Shown: positions 16,843-26,667, numbered from the stretch's first letter. The stretch is 64,000 nucleotides of DNA from an uncultured Pseudomonadota bacterium (GCA_963836235.1 CAWIIP010000002.1:512001-576000), one strand, 5' to 3'. Notes: generated by a model not told the origin, from the letters alone. Translations and numbers: made by a program.

Positions 16843-17697
16843 TTAAGACCCGCCTGAAGGATTCCCCGGTGTTTCTGTCAGGATCAAATGAACTTCAATT
16901 TCTCCGAAAACCTTGTCTTGAAAAACCCGCACTAACTTCAATCGAATCATTTCCAGCAAGGCCAAAAGAGCCACGATCTTTTCGATTTTAGTCCGACAAG
17001 CGGTCAAAAATGGGCGAAAAACGATCTTTTGATCGCTTTGAAGTAAATCCATTAAATCATTGATCTTTTGACTGACGGTTATTTCTGGCCGGGTCAATTC
17101 GGCGGTCACATCTTCCTGGGTGTGAATGAGGACGTCTTTAAAGGCCGCCAAAAGGCCAAAAAGCGTAACCTCTTCCAAGTGTTCTTCCTCTCCCACTTCT
17201 TTCATGTCAATCGGCACATTCCGGGGAAAAAGATGATGCTTATTTTTTTCCATGTCCAAAAGTTGGTCTGCGGCGTCCTTAAACTTTTTATACTCGATCA
17301 ACCGCCGCATCAATTCCAAACGGGGGTCCTCTTCGGGTTGGTCGGGGGTAGGATCCACGGGTAGAAGCATTCGGCTCTTGATTTGCATAAGTGTGGCGGC
17401 CATCACCAGGAAATCACCGGCAATTTCTAAATTGAGAGACTGCATAATTTCAATGTAAGCTAGGTATTCTTTGGTGATTTTGGAGATCGGTATATCGTAG
17501 ATATCCAGTTCATGCTCCTTGATAAGATGAAGGAGCAAATCCATAGGCCCGTCGAAATAGGGCAAGGTGATTTGATAAGTGGGACGTTGGTCTTCCTGGT
17601 TGATGATTTCCTTAATCGTAACGTTGGTGATAGAAGCGGAAGCGGAAACAGCTACCGGTTCAATGGCGCTGTGATTCTCCGAGTTGATTTCAGTCAT
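16843..17697 (-). CDS. scpA: Segregation/condensation protein ScpA
   Basis: FDGPMDLLLHLI; FLVMAATLMQIKSRMLLP; ATG 17697 overlaps the end of trpS. Confidence 0.96.
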   Translation of the reverse strand: MTEINSENHSAIEPVAVSASASITNVTIKEIINQEDQRPTYQITLPYFDGPMDLLLHLIKEHELDIYDIPISKITKEYLAYIEIMQSLNLEIAGDFLVMAATLMQIKSRMLLPVDPTPDQPEEDPRLELMRRLIEYKKFKDAADQLLDMEKNKHHLFPRNVPIDMKEVGEEEHLEEVTLFGLLAAFKDVLIHTQEDVTAELTRPEITVSQKINDLMDLLQSDQKIVFRPFLTACRTKIEKIVALLALLEMIRLKLVRVFQDKVFGEIEVHLILTETPGNPSGGS

Positions 17698-18742
17698 GAT
17701 AAGCTCGATCAAGGCCGGTATTTAAAAGGGCCTTCTTTATTTTAGACAATGGCAGTCCGGTGGCTTCATAAACTTGTTCCATCGTTTCAGCCGCAACCCG
17801 CCGGGCCTTGCGGGCCCCATCAACGAGGACATCTTCCACCTGACCCGGCTTTTCCTCCAGCTTTTTCCGTCTTTCACGTATTTCACCGCCAAAAACTTCT
17901 TCTAATTTGGCGATCAATAGTTTTTTGGCGTCCCCATAACCCATTCCCCCTTGCCGAAACCCCTTTTCCATTTGAATGGTTTCCTCAGGTTTGGCCATCA
18001 ACCGGTATAAAAGAAAGATGACATTTTGTTCTGGGTCTTTGGCTTCATTCACCCCTTTGGAATCGGTCACGATACTCATCACCTTTTTCTTTATTTCCGA
18101 CGGTTCGCCGAAAATGGGAATCACGCTGGCCTCATCGCTCTTGCTCATCTTGCCGCCGGTCAGTCCCACAACTTTGGGAGCCTCGCTCAAAACTCCCTCG
18201 GGCAGTTTGAAAACTTCTTTTTTAAAAGCGTGATTAAAGTAACCCGCCATATCCCGGCACATTTCAATATGCTGGATTTGGTCTTGACCCACCGGCACCC
18301 TATCACTTTGATAAATTAGAATATCCGCGGCCATCAAAGCGGGATAAAAAAACAAACCCAGATTGGGGGAAATTCCTTTGGCCACCTTATCTTTATAAGA
18401 ATGGGCCCTCTCCATAAGACCCATCCCCGTGACTGTGCTTAAGAGCCAAGCCAATTCAGTGACTTCTGGTACATCGCTTTGTCGAAAAAGAAATGCCTTC
18501 ATAGGGTCCAGCCCCATGGCCAAATAGTCAGCCGCCGCCATAAAGGTGAATTGGTTGAGTTGTTTCGGGTCCTGGACAGTAGTTAGGGAATGGTAGTTGG
18601 CGATAAAATAAAAACATTCTCCTTTATCCTGTAGCTGGATATGGTTGTGAATGGCCCCGAAATAATTGCCCAGGTGTAGGCGGCCACTAGATTGGACGCC
18701 TGAAAGGTAACGGGTTTTTTTTTGGATTGGTTCTTGTGACAA
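17690..18742 (-). CDS. trpS: Tryptophan--tRNA ligase
   Basis: HLGN and KMSKS motifs; YPALMAADIL; probable TTG start at 18742 after GAGGA. Confidence 0.97.
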   Translation of the reverse strand: MSQEPIQKKTRYLSGVQSSGRLHLGNYFGAIHNHIQLQDKGECFYFIANYHSLTTVQDPKQLNQFTFMAAADYLAMGLDPMKAFLFRQSDVPEVTELAWLLSTVTGMGLMERAHSYKDKVAKGISPNLGLFFYPALMAADILIYQSDRVPVGQDQIQHIEMCRDMAGYFNHAFKKEVFKLPEGVLSEAPKVVGLTGGKMSKSDEASVIPIFGEPSEIKKKVMSIVTDSKGVNEAKDPEQNVIFLLYRLMAKPEETIQMEKGFRQGGMGYGDAKKLLIAKLEEVFGGEIRERRKKLEEKPGQVEDVLVDGARKARRVAAETMEQVYEATGLPLSKIKKALLNTGLDRAYHD

Positions 18743-18773
18743 GAAAATCCTCAGTTTTAAAAATTTAAAGTCC

Positions 18774-19370
18774 TCATAAATATTGAAGCAAAAAAAAGAC
18801 CGCGAAGAGAATAATAACGCCATAACGGTCTAATCGGGAAACTTGATAAGACCATTTGGGCGGCAGAATAGATTTCAATATCCAAGAGCCATCCAGGGGA
18901 TAAATGGGAATCAAGTTAAACAAAGCTAGGGCCGCGTTCATATAAATAAAAAATTGAACGAGGTTACCAATGGTCATGAATGTAGCCTCATCCCCAAAAG
19001 AGGAAAAGGTCCCCAATAAAACCAAAAGGCCAAAGGATAGCAGCGCCAACAGTACATTCATTGCGGGCCCGGCCAATGCCACCAAGGCCCCATCCCGCCT
19101 TGGTTTGCTTAAATTTTCAACCGTTACTGGCACAGGCTTTGCCCATCCAAACAAGAAAAGTCCGGGATAAAGGAACATCATGAGGGGAAATAGGATGGTT
19201 CCAATAGGGTCCACGTGGGCCCTCGGATCAATGGTCATACGGCCGAGCATTTTAGCGGTGGGATCACCCAGCCGATAGGCGGCATAAGCGTGGCCGAACT
19301 CATGAAGGCATAGTGAAAAAACAAGGACACCGAGTTTCATGAGGGCATCCAGAATTCGAGCTTCGTCCAT
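18774..19370 (-). CDS. Site-2 protease family (M50) protein
   Basis: HEFGH, AGPAMN, FNLIPIYPLDGS. Confidence 0.95.
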   Translation of the reverse strand: MDEARILDALMKLGVLVFSLCLHEFGHAYAAYRLGDPTAKMLGRMTIDPRAHVDPIGTILFPLMMFLYPGLFLFGWAKPVPVTVENLSKPRRDGALVALAGPAMNVLLALLSFGLLVLLGTFSSFGDEATFMTIGNLVQFFIYMNAALALFNLIPIYPLDGSWILKSILPPKWSYQVSRLDRYGVIILFAVFFLLQYL

Positions 19371-19512
19371 TTTCCATCCATTTTGAATGCGGGGTTAAAA
19401 GCCGGACAACTTTAACGGATTAATTGATTGTAAAAAACAAAATAATTTCGTGTTGTCGGCCACCTAAATTTAAATTCTAACCGGATATGGGCCACGGCCC
19501 GGTTTTCCCGTA

Positions 19513-20790
19513 TCAGGAAACAAAAGATTTTTTGACCCAATCTAAAGCCTCTTTGCGCGTTTTGAACTTTTCATCCAATTGCCCATTCAAAGCTTCCAAC
19601 AAAATGAAGGTGTAACGGAAACCCGGAGGGATTCCCATGGCTTGAAGATCGCGGCCACGTATCCAGGGTACGGATTTTTGAATCTTCGTGAAATAATGTT
19701 CCATTTTTTTACGCAAACCATTGGAAGCGGCGGCCATAACGAAACACTGAACCTCGGCTTTTAAAGGACAAAGAAGTTTGTACATCCGGCTGACCGTCAT
19801 CTCCGGTTTGTCCAATTCTTTCAACAAGGTCGGAAAGACTTTGGCGGATTGGGAAACGATCTTTTGTTCGGACCGGGAAAGCGTCAACCTTTTGGTAAGG
19901 CTAGCTGTGACTTTTTCGTCCACTGGTTTTAAAAGGGCCTGGAACCAAACCATTTTTTCATCTTCCAATCCGATCTTGTTCTTTTCAAAAAAAGAGATAC
20001 TTTCAGCGATATTCGGAAGTATCTTTTTGGACGCCGGTAAAACGCTAAGAGAGGGATGGATATGAGGCAGAACGCCCAATTCATCCAGCCGCCAAACCGC
20101 TCCTTCCGGATGCGCTTCTTGGAAGATAAGTCGTAACTCGTTTCGAAGCCTTTCGCCCGATACCCGCTGAATATAATCACCCTTGACCGCTTCTAGCAGC
20201 CATCTCTGGGTCTTTTCCTCAATCTTTTTTTTGAACCGTTGTTCGAACCGAACCGCCCGGAAAATGCGGGTTGGATCATCTATGAAGCTTTTTTCGTGCA
20301 ACGCCCGGATCCTTCCCTTTTTCAAATCTTCAAGCCCTTCGAACGGATCCAACAATCTCAGGAAATAGCCCGGGGAAAGGCTTAAGGCCATGGCATTGAT
20401 GGTGAAATCTCGGCGGTAAAGATCCTGGACGATTCCACCCTTTTTCACTGAGGGGAGGGCGCCTGGATGATCGTAGCTTTCAGTACGGGCTGTAGTCACG
20501 TCCACTTTCCCGAAACCCGGCACAATCACAATGGAGGTACCAAAACGGGTAAAAGCTTCCACTTCCGATCCGGTCATTTTCGCAAGTTTTTCGGCGAAAG
20601 TTATTCCATCCCCTTCCACAGTAATGTCGATATCCACACCCGGGTGTTTCAAGACTAGATCCCGGACAAACCCACCTACGGCATAGGCGGCTTCACCCCG
20701 TTCATCGGCTAAATGGCCAATTTTTTTGAGGAGACCGATTGTTTTCGACGGAACTTTAAACCTAACGTTTTTCATAAATGCCTTTCTCAA
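19513..20790 (-). CDS. cca: Class II tRNA nucleotidyltransferase (CCA- or A-adding)
   Basis: VGGFVRD, DIDI, RRDFTINAMA, SFIDDPTRIFRAVRFEQR; actual start may be 20775. Confidence 0.9.
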   Translation of the reverse strand: MRKAFMKNVRFKVPSKTIGLLKKIGHLADERGEAAYAVGGFVRDLVLKHPGVDIDITVEGDGITFAEKLAKMTGSEVEAFTRFGTSIVIVPGFGKVDVTTARTESYDHPGALPSVKKGGIVQDLYRRDFTINAMALSLSPGYFLRLLDPFEGLEDLKKGRIRALHEKSFIDDPTRIFRAVRFEQRFKKKIEEKTQRWLLEAVKGDYIQRVSGERLRNELRLIFQEAHPEGAVWRLDELGVLPHIHPSLSVLPASKKILPNIAESISFFEKNKIGLEDEKMVWFQALLKPVDEKVTASLTKRLTLSRSEQKIVSQSAKVFPTLLKELDKPEMTVSRMYKLLCPLKAEVQCFVMAAASNGLRKKMEHYFTKIQKSVPWIRGRDLQAMGIPPGFRYTFILLEALNGQLDEKFKTRKEALDWVKKSFVS

Positions 20791-21188
20791 ACATTAAAGT
20801 ACTCCTCTACCGAAAAAGCATTCTCAAAATGACGAATTTTCGCCAGTCCCAGCCAGCTTTTATCAGGCCCTATCGTAACCACGTCAAAACGACAGGATAG
20901 TGTTGGATTGGGATGTTGGCCCAAATAAACCGCAGCCGCCGCGGATAAGCGCCTTACCTTATGGATTGAAACCGCCTCCAAGGGCGTACCTTGGGCTTGG
21001 CCCCTTCGGCTTTTGACTTCCACGAAAACCAATGTTTCACTCTTACGGACAATCAAATCGATTTCCCCTTGGGGGACTCGAAAATTCTTCTCGAGTACTT
21101 TGTAACCCCTCAATCTTAAAAAAGCAGCGGCCATTTCTTCCGCCTTCTTTCCCCTTTGATGGGTGCTTACTTTTTTTGGCTGTCCCAT
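20787..21188 (-). CDS. yraN: YraN family (UPF0102) nuclease-fold protein
   Basis: GEIDLI, LVFVEVK, RFDVV, HFENAF. Confidence 0.93.
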   Translation of the reverse strand: MGQPKKVSTHQRGKKAEEMAAAFLRLRGYKVLEKNFRVPQGEIDLIVRKSETLVFVEVKSRRGQAQGTPLEAVSIHKVRRLSAAAAVYLGQHPNPTLSCRFDVVTIGPDKSWLGLAKIRHFENAFSVEEYFNV

Positions 21189-22168
21189 TCATTCCTCTTG
21201 GCTCGGAATAAATCCCGGAGAACTTCCAATTCCGATTCCTTCAGATGGGAAAGGGCCACTCGTTTGATTTGAACCCCAGCTTGTTGCAGCTCCCTCAAGT
21301 TTTTAGAACGATTCAATTTTTCCTTCCAGTAGCACAAAGGTCCCCCGGGCGACTTTTGGGCGAGGGTCTCCATGACAGGACCAAAACTCAACCGATGTTC
21401 GGGACAAATACCATGAACTCCCAAAGCCTTTAGGTGTTCCTCCGTCCCGTATCCCTTATGACTTTCAAAACCATAAGCGGGGTATTGCTGATGAAGCTGT
21501 CCCATGAGCCGGTCCCGGGTAACTTTCGCTATAATCGAAGCCGCAGCGATGGTTGCGGACAAGGCATCCCCATGAATCAGGGGCTTTTGGGTGATGGAAG
21601 AAAAGCGTGGAAGAGGCATAGCGTCCGTCAGCAAATAATCTGGTTTTTGGCTTAAGGCTTCGATGGCCCGTTCCATGGCTAATTGGGCAGCCCGATAAAT
21701 ATTCAGCTCGTCGATTTCGGTAACGCTGGCCTGGCCCACTCCAACCCCAACAGCCAATTGTTGTATCCGAGCAAAAAGTTCTTCCCGCTTGAGAGCCGTC
21801 AACTTTTTGGAGTCATCCACACCCGTCAATGCAACGCCAGGAGACAGGATGACCGCTGCGGCCACCACCGGTCCCGCCAGTGGTCCACGGCCCGCTTCAT
21901 CAACTCCGGCAATAAGCTGAAAACCCTTTTCTTCAGCTAATTTTTCATATTTCCAAAGTTCCTGAAGTCTTTTAATTTCCCGTGTGTCTTTGGTGACCCT
22001 TTTCTCGAATTTTTCAAGGAGTCGAAAGGCGCCAGTCCGGGTGTCATCCTTCAATCGAAGCCTCAAAAACTCCAAGGCTTCGGAGGCTGATCCATGTCTT
22101 AAGGCTTCGGCTTCAATGTCCGGTAGTGGGGCTAGACTGGGCACTCGGCGTACCGCTTTCTGAAGCAT
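21167..22168 (-). CDS. rnhB: Ribonuclease HII with N- and C-terminal extensions (start uncertain, 22144-22183)
   Basis: IAGVDEAGRGPLAGPVV, DSKKL, AASIIAKVTRD, HKGYGT. Confidence 0.93.
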   Translation of the reverse strand: MLQKAVRRVPSLAPLPDIEAEALRHGSASEALEFLRLRLKDDTRTGAFRLLEKFEKRVTKDTREIKRLQELWKYEKLAEEKGFQLIAGVDEAGRGPLAGPVVAAAVILSPGVALTGVDDSKKLTALKREELFARIQQLAVGVGVGQASVTEIDELNIYRAAQLAMERAIEALSQKPDYLLTDAMPLPRFSSITQKPLIHGDALSATIAAASIIAKVTRDRLMGQLHQQYPAYGFESHKGYGTEEHLKALGVHGICPEHRLSFGPVMETLAQKSPGGPLCYWKEKLNRSKNLRELQQAGVQIKRVALSHLKESELEVLRDLFRAKRNEWDSQKK

Positions 22169-23873
22169 CTTCATCCTCGTCAACTTCTTGTGGGGTTGGG
22201 TTCTTCACGGGGACTTTTGAAACCGTCGCTTTAGCGGCAGGCCCCGGCGTCGGCGTTGTTATGATATCGGCGGTTTCGTTTGCCTTTGGTTCCGAAGCTA
22301 ATAAAGTCACTGGCGCCGCTTCAGCCAGCACCTTATCGATTGAAACGAGGAATGCCTTTAGCAGAACGGGATATTCTTTCTTCTCACTTTTTTTCTCCTG
22401 CAACAAAACCGTTACCGCCTTGAGTTCCGAGGAGGCGACATTCCCGATTTCCCACTCTAAATTGTCGCCTTTCATTTTCCAAAAACCTGTGATGCCCGTG
22501 GCTACTTTGGAGGAATTTCCTCCGCTTTGAGGTGTTCCCGACAAAGAAGGGCCTGAACCAGATTTGTCGGAACCAGTCGTGGTCACTCCCGATTGAACTG
22601 TATTGGTAGGGCCAACAGTAGCTATAGCCGCTGTCGGTATTGCACCGCCTGAACTGGTTGTCAAAGCAGTCCCACTCGGCGTGGGTGTGGCTTTTGGCTG
22701 ATAAGCCTCAAATCCTTTGGGAATCGCCAAATCATAGGTCATCAGGGGAGAAGCTTTCGGGCTTTGGTTCATTAAAGTATAAGTTACAGTCCAATAAGGG
22801 TTTGCCTTGGAAGCCTGTTTGGCCACATTGCCTTTGAAAAGGAACGAAAACTTGGTCATTTCCCCGTTCGGTTGGAATTTCAGTATTGTTCCGTTTGTTC
22901 CGACGATAAAACCCAAGTCCTTATAAAATGCGATGGAGTTAAGGGAAGGTTTTCCTTCGGGTTTTTGATGTGAAATCCATCGGCTTCCATCGTAATAAAT
23001 CAACGTTCCGTCCTGGCCGGTTGCCCAACCATCGTCATCGCTTTTCATGAAAATTTGGTAGAGATCAAAACCGGAAAAAGCGCTTGTTATTTTACTCCAG
23101 GCCGTCCCATTAAAACGAAGAATGGTCCCATAGGCACCTACTATCCATGCCTGCACAGAGTTGATGACCGACACGGAATTGAGTCGTTCGGTTGAGGGAC
23201 TTGCGGCATAAGTCGTCCATTTCTGGCCGTCATAGCGCAGAATGAGCCCCAAGTTACCGACTGCCCAACCGTTGTTTTGGTCAGCCATGCCAATGCTGTA
23301 AATATCGCTGGTGACCGTGGCGGCGGCCCCGGCAGCGGAGGAAACCGCACCAATGGCGCCCCAAGAAAGACCGTTATAAGTGAGAATGACGCCATTAGAG
23401 CCAACAACCCAAGCGGTATGAGCCGCGGTAACGATAATGTCATATAGTGTCTCCTCAGTGGGGGAGGTATCCAAACTCCAGCTTCCATTTAGATAATGGA
23501 GAATCACCCCGTGAGTTCCAACAATCCAGCCTTCCGTTTCATTGGCGAAAGCCAATGCCATCAGGTTTTCATTTTGAGCCAAACTCGTATTCACTTTTTC
23601 CCAGGTATCACCATCATACTTTAAGACAACACCATTATTTCCGCAGGCCCAGCCCACCTTCTTATTCAAGAGGAAAACCCCATTTAAAGAGTCGGTCAGG
23701 GTAAAAGTGACTGGAAAAGAAGTCCAATAAATCACATCCGAATCAGTAGTAGTGGACGAATCAGCCTGGGAAGCTTTGGCAGGGGTAAGAGGCGTTACCG
23801 CTCCGCTACCGGTACAACTGGCCTCAAAACTAGCGGTTAAAAGGAGGGCAAAGACAATAAATATTTTTTTCAT
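22113..23873 (-). CDS. Exported (probable lipo)protein with YCF48-like beta-propeller and interrupted DUF11-like Ig domain
   Basis: Signal ending ASC; repeats WxVGxxGxILxYxGxxW; Thr/Ser/Gly-rich linkers. Confidence 0.8.
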   Translation of the reverse strand: MKKIFIVFALLLTASFEASCTGSGAVTPLTPAKASQADSSTTTDSDVIYWTSFPVTFTLTDSLNGVFLLNKKVGWACGNNGVVLKYDGDTWEKVNTSLAQNENLMALAFANETEGWIVGTHGVILHYLNGSWSLDTSPTEETLYDIIVTAAHTAWVVGSNGVILTYNGLSWGAIGAVSSAAGAAATVTSDIYSIGMADQNNGWAVGNLGLILRYDGQKWTTYAASPSTERLNSVSVINSVQAWIVGAYGTILRFNGTAWSKITSAFSGFDLYQIFMKSDDDGWATGQDGTLIYYDGSRWISHQKPEGKPSLNSIAFYKDLGFIVGTNGTILKFQPNGEMTKFSFLFKGNVAKQASKANPYWTVTYTLMNQSPKASPLMTYDLAIPKGFEAYQPKATPTPSGTALTTSSGGAIPTAAIATVGPTNTVQSGVTTTGSDKSGSGPSLSGTPQSGGNSSKVATGITGFWKMKGDNLEWEIGNVASSELKAVTVLLQEKKSEKKEYPVLLKAFLVSIDKVLAEAAPVTLLASEPKANETADIITTPTPGPAAKATVSKVPVKNPTPQEVDEDEDASESGTPSAQSSPTTGH

Positions 23874-23925
23874 GCCCGTATCCTACCTATGAAATGAAGG
23901 GGGTGCAAGGTGGCCCTCTGGAAAT

Positions 23926-23956
23926 AAAAAAACCGCTCCGGAAGCCCGAAGCGGTT
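23926..23956 (-). terminator. Rho-independent terminator after rplS
   Basis: AACCGCTTCGG-GCTT-CCGGAGCGGTT followed by a T-run on the minus strand. Confidence 0.85.
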
Positions 23957-23981
23957 GATGAGACACCTTCAAATAGGCCTA

Positions 23982-24452
23982 TTAAGCTTTTTCACCCTTG
24001 GACTCGGAAGCCGTCGGGACAGCAGTCTCAACCGGAGTCGAAGCGGATTCAACATTAGCGGCCGAAACCGTCTCAGCAACGCCTTCACTGGGAACCTGCA
24101 GTGCTCTTTTACTTTCCTGAATCCTCGCGTCTTTCTTGTTGAGCTTGCCACGTAAGTAGAACAGTTTCGCGCGGCGAACCTTTCCGGAACGAGTACTCTT
24201 GACCTCTTTAATCATGGGTGATTGATAATAAAATGTTTTTTCGACGCCAACCCCATAGGAAATTTTCCGGACAGTGAACTTCATTTTGCCGCAAGCGCCT
24301 TGAATCCCGGTGACGACGCCTTCGTAAATCTGGATACGTTCTTTTTCGCCTTCTTTGATTCTGACGGAGACTTTCACCGTATCGCCCACTTTAAAAGGGA
24401 CATTTTTCCGGATGATTTGGCTTTCTTCAATTTTTCGAATCGTCGCGTTCAT
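23982..24452 (-). CDS. rplS: 50S ribosomal protein L19
   Basis: FKVGDTVKV, EGEKERIQ, GKVRRAKLFYLR; acidic C-terminal tail. Confidence 0.97.
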   Translation of the reverse strand: MNATIRKIEESQIIRKNVPFKVGDTVKVSVRIKEGEKERIQIYEGVVTGIQGACGKMKFTVRKISYGVGVEKTFYYQSPMIKEVKSTRSGKVRRAKLFYLRGKLNKKDARIQESKRALQVPSEGVAETVSAANVESASTPVETAVPTASESKGEKA

Positions 24453-24495
24453 GACTTTAACTACTCCTTCTCTCTAATCTCCAAGGAACCTTGGA

Positions 24496-25245
24496 TTACT
24501 CACCTGCTTCAATCTCTTTTTGGGCTTCCATTAAAAGCTTTTGGTCTTCCTCGGTTAAGTGAACCCGGTCCAACAGATCGGGTCTTTTCGCCAAGGTGTT
24601 CTTCAGCGATTCCTTTTTTCTCCAACGCTCAATCCGGGCATGGTTGCCTGATAACAGAACCTCCGGCACACCCATTCCCCTAAAGAAGCGGGGACGAGTA
24701 TAGTGCGGATAATCCAATAATCCATTAAAAAAGCTGTCCTTTTCCACCGATTCCCGTTGCCCCACTACACCCGGTAGGAACCGGACCAGAGCATCCACTA
24801 TCACGGCGGCGGCGGGTTCCCCACCCGTCATAACAAAATCCCCCAGGCTCACTTCCCCGTCGATGGATTTCATGGCCCTTTCATCCAAACCTTCATAATG
24901 CCCGCAAACCAGGAGAAGATTCTTCTCCCGGGAAAGCTCCAATACCATCGCGTGGTCTAATCGCTTTCCTTGGGGGGACATTAAAAGAGTCTTCACTTTT
25001 TTACGGCCTTTTTTTAGGGCCGCCAAGGCCTTCGCCAACGGTTCGGGCTTCAGGACCATTCCCGCCCCGCCCCCGTAAGGAACATCATCCGCCATATGAT
25101 GTTTGTCCGTCGCGAATTTCCTTAAATCATGTAGACGGATATCAATTGCTTTTTTGGCCAGGGCCCTCTTCACCATGCTGACCGTGAAGGGTCCCTGAAA
25201 GTAATCGGGAAAAAGGGTTAGGATGTCAATCCGCGGTGTCCGCAT
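24496..25245 (-). CDS. trmD: tRNA (guanine37-N1)-methyltransferase TrmD
   Basis: DILTLFP, DDVPYGGGAGM, CGHYEGLDER, SLGDFVMTGGE. Confidence 0.97.
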   Translation of the reverse strand: MRTPRIDILTLFPDYFQGPFTVSMVKRALAKKAIDIRLHDLRKFATDKHHMADDVPYGGGAGMVLKPEPLAKALAALKKGRKKVKTLLMSPQGKRLDHAMVLELSREKNLLLVCGHYEGLDERAMKSIDGEVSLGDFVMTGGEPAAAVIVDALVRFLPGVVGQRESVEKDSFFNGLLDYPHYTRPRFFRGMGVPEVLLSGNHARIERWRKKESLKNTLAKRPDLLDRVHLTEEDQKLLMEAQKEIEAGE

Positions 25246-25786
25246 CGATCTCTTCCGGCAGGTCAACAACCATCCGCCGGCCTTTCAAATCCACTTCTCG
25301 AATAACGGATTTTAAGACTGGAATAAGAAGTTCTTTTTCCCCGTTCCGAATTACGCAAACTCCGTTAGCCAAGTTCTCCATAATTTCAGCGATTTGACCC
25401 AGCGACTCACCTTTGTCATTGACTACCGTCATTCCTATCAAGTCATCTAAATAATAATTATCCGGCGGCAGTTCCGGTTTTTCTCCGGATAGAATCGCCA
25501 ATTGCGTACCCCGTAAAGCTTCCGCTTCCTCGATACCAACCACTTCTTTGAGGCGAACTACCGCATCTCCATCCGGGTGCTGGAACGAACGAATAATTGT
25601 AACTTTTTTTAACTCTTTCCCGTCTTTTACCAGTCTTAAATTCGCGCAGGAAGCTAAACGATCCACTCCCGAACAAGACAAGGAAACTTTGACTTCACCC
25701 TTCAGTCCATGAGACCTCACGATAGTCGCCAGGACGATAAAGTCGTTCGACTGGTTTTCCGGTTTCGAACCTTCGGGGTTACTCAA
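25226..25786 (-). CDS. rimM: Ribosome maturation factor RimM
   Basis: HGLKGEV, YYLDDLIG, ELLIP; conserved operon position. Confidence 0.95.
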   Translation of the reverse strand: MSNPEGSKPENQSNDFIVLATIVRSHGLKGEVKVSLSCSGVDRLASCANLRLVKDGKELKKVTIIRSFQHPDGDAVVRLKEVVGIEEAEALRGTQLAILSGEKPELPPDNYYLDDLIGMTVVNDKGESLGQIAEIMENLANGVCVIRNGEKELLIPVLKSVIREVDLKGRRMVVDLPEEIDADTAD

Positions 25787-26009
25787 CGACTTCGAGGGAA
25801 TACTTCAGTCCATGTTTGGCACAAGAAGCCGAAACTAAGGTACGAAGAGCCTTGATCGTGCGGCCTTGCTTTCCAATGATCTTACCGTAGTCTTCCTTGG
25901 AAACTCGAAGTTCCAATACGGTCAAATTGCCTTCCAATCTTTGTTGAATCGCCACATTCTCGGGCTTGTCTACCAGCGACTTAGCCACGTACTCAATGAG
26001 TTCTTTCAT
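25779..26009 (-). CDS. khpA: KH-domain RNA-binding protein KhpA
   Basis: GKIIGKQGRTIKALRT; lies between rpsP and rimM. Confidence 0.93.
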   Translation of the reverse strand: MKELIEYVAKSLVDKPENVAIQQRLEGNLTVLELRVSKEDYGKIIGKQGRTIKALRTLVSASCAKHGLKYSLEVVE

Positions 26010-26047
26010 GTTGCCCTTCTTTCAAATCGATTATCCGTGGAGGGGTA

Positions 26048-26299
26048 TCAGACTTTTACTCCAGCTTTTTTCATGATCCCATGAACGGTATCAGAGGGAA
26101 TAGCCCCTTTTTTCACCCATTCAATGAATGATTCTTTTTTTAAGTTCAAAACTTGGTTTTCTTCCTTGGCTCGGGGATTGTAGGTTCCCAGATCCTCCAC
26201 CCGGCGTCCTTTGCCTGACATTGTGGAGTTCAATACCACAATCCGGTAACAGGCTTTTTTGTTGCTTCCCATACGCTTTAAACGAATCTTAACTGACAC
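26048..26299 (-). CDS. rpsP: 30S ribosomal protein S16
   Basis: VKIRLKRMG...YRIVV...LGTYNP...GAIPSDTV. Confidence 0.97.
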   Translation of the reverse strand: MSVKIRLKRMGSNKKACYRIVVLNSTMSGKGRRVEDLGTYNPRAKEENQVLNLKKESFIEWVKKGAIPSDTVHGIMKKAGVKV

Positions 26300-26395
26300 A
26301 AGTCCTCCTCAGGCGAACGTCAAAATGATGTTGATTAGGTTAACAGCGGGCTAGAAGCCCGGCCTTTTTTTCCCAAAGGGATAAAGGGAAGGTGG

Positions 26396-26424
26396 ATTTT
26401 AAAAATCCCCCCCGCCTTTGTCAA
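26396..26424 (-). promoter_or_regulatory. Sigma70 promoter of the rpsP operon
   Basis: TTGACA-17 nt-TAAAAT on the minus strand. Confidence 0.75.
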
Positions 26425-26566
26425 GGAAATAGGCCAAAATCAATGGAAAAACGCTATCTATCGAACGAAAGAAGGGAAAACCGACTCCAAGCCGTGTCTT
26501 TCCAAACCCATCTGTGACCTATCCCCTAAGCTCAATTTAAAATAGTTTATTATGACCCACAAAAAA

Positions 26567-26642
26567 TGGAGCTGGGGACCGGGATCGGACCGGCGACCTG
26601 CTGTTTACGAAACAGCTGCTCTACCAACTGAGCTACCCCAGC
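26567..26642 (-). tRNA. tRNA-Thr(CGT), CCA encoded
   Basis: GCTGGGGTAGCTCAGTTGGTAGAGCA-GCTGT-TTCGTAA-ACAGC...CCCCAGCTCCA forms a 76-nt cloverleaf. Confidence 0.97.
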
Positions 26643-26667
26643 GTTCCAGAAGTATGAGAGGAGGCAA

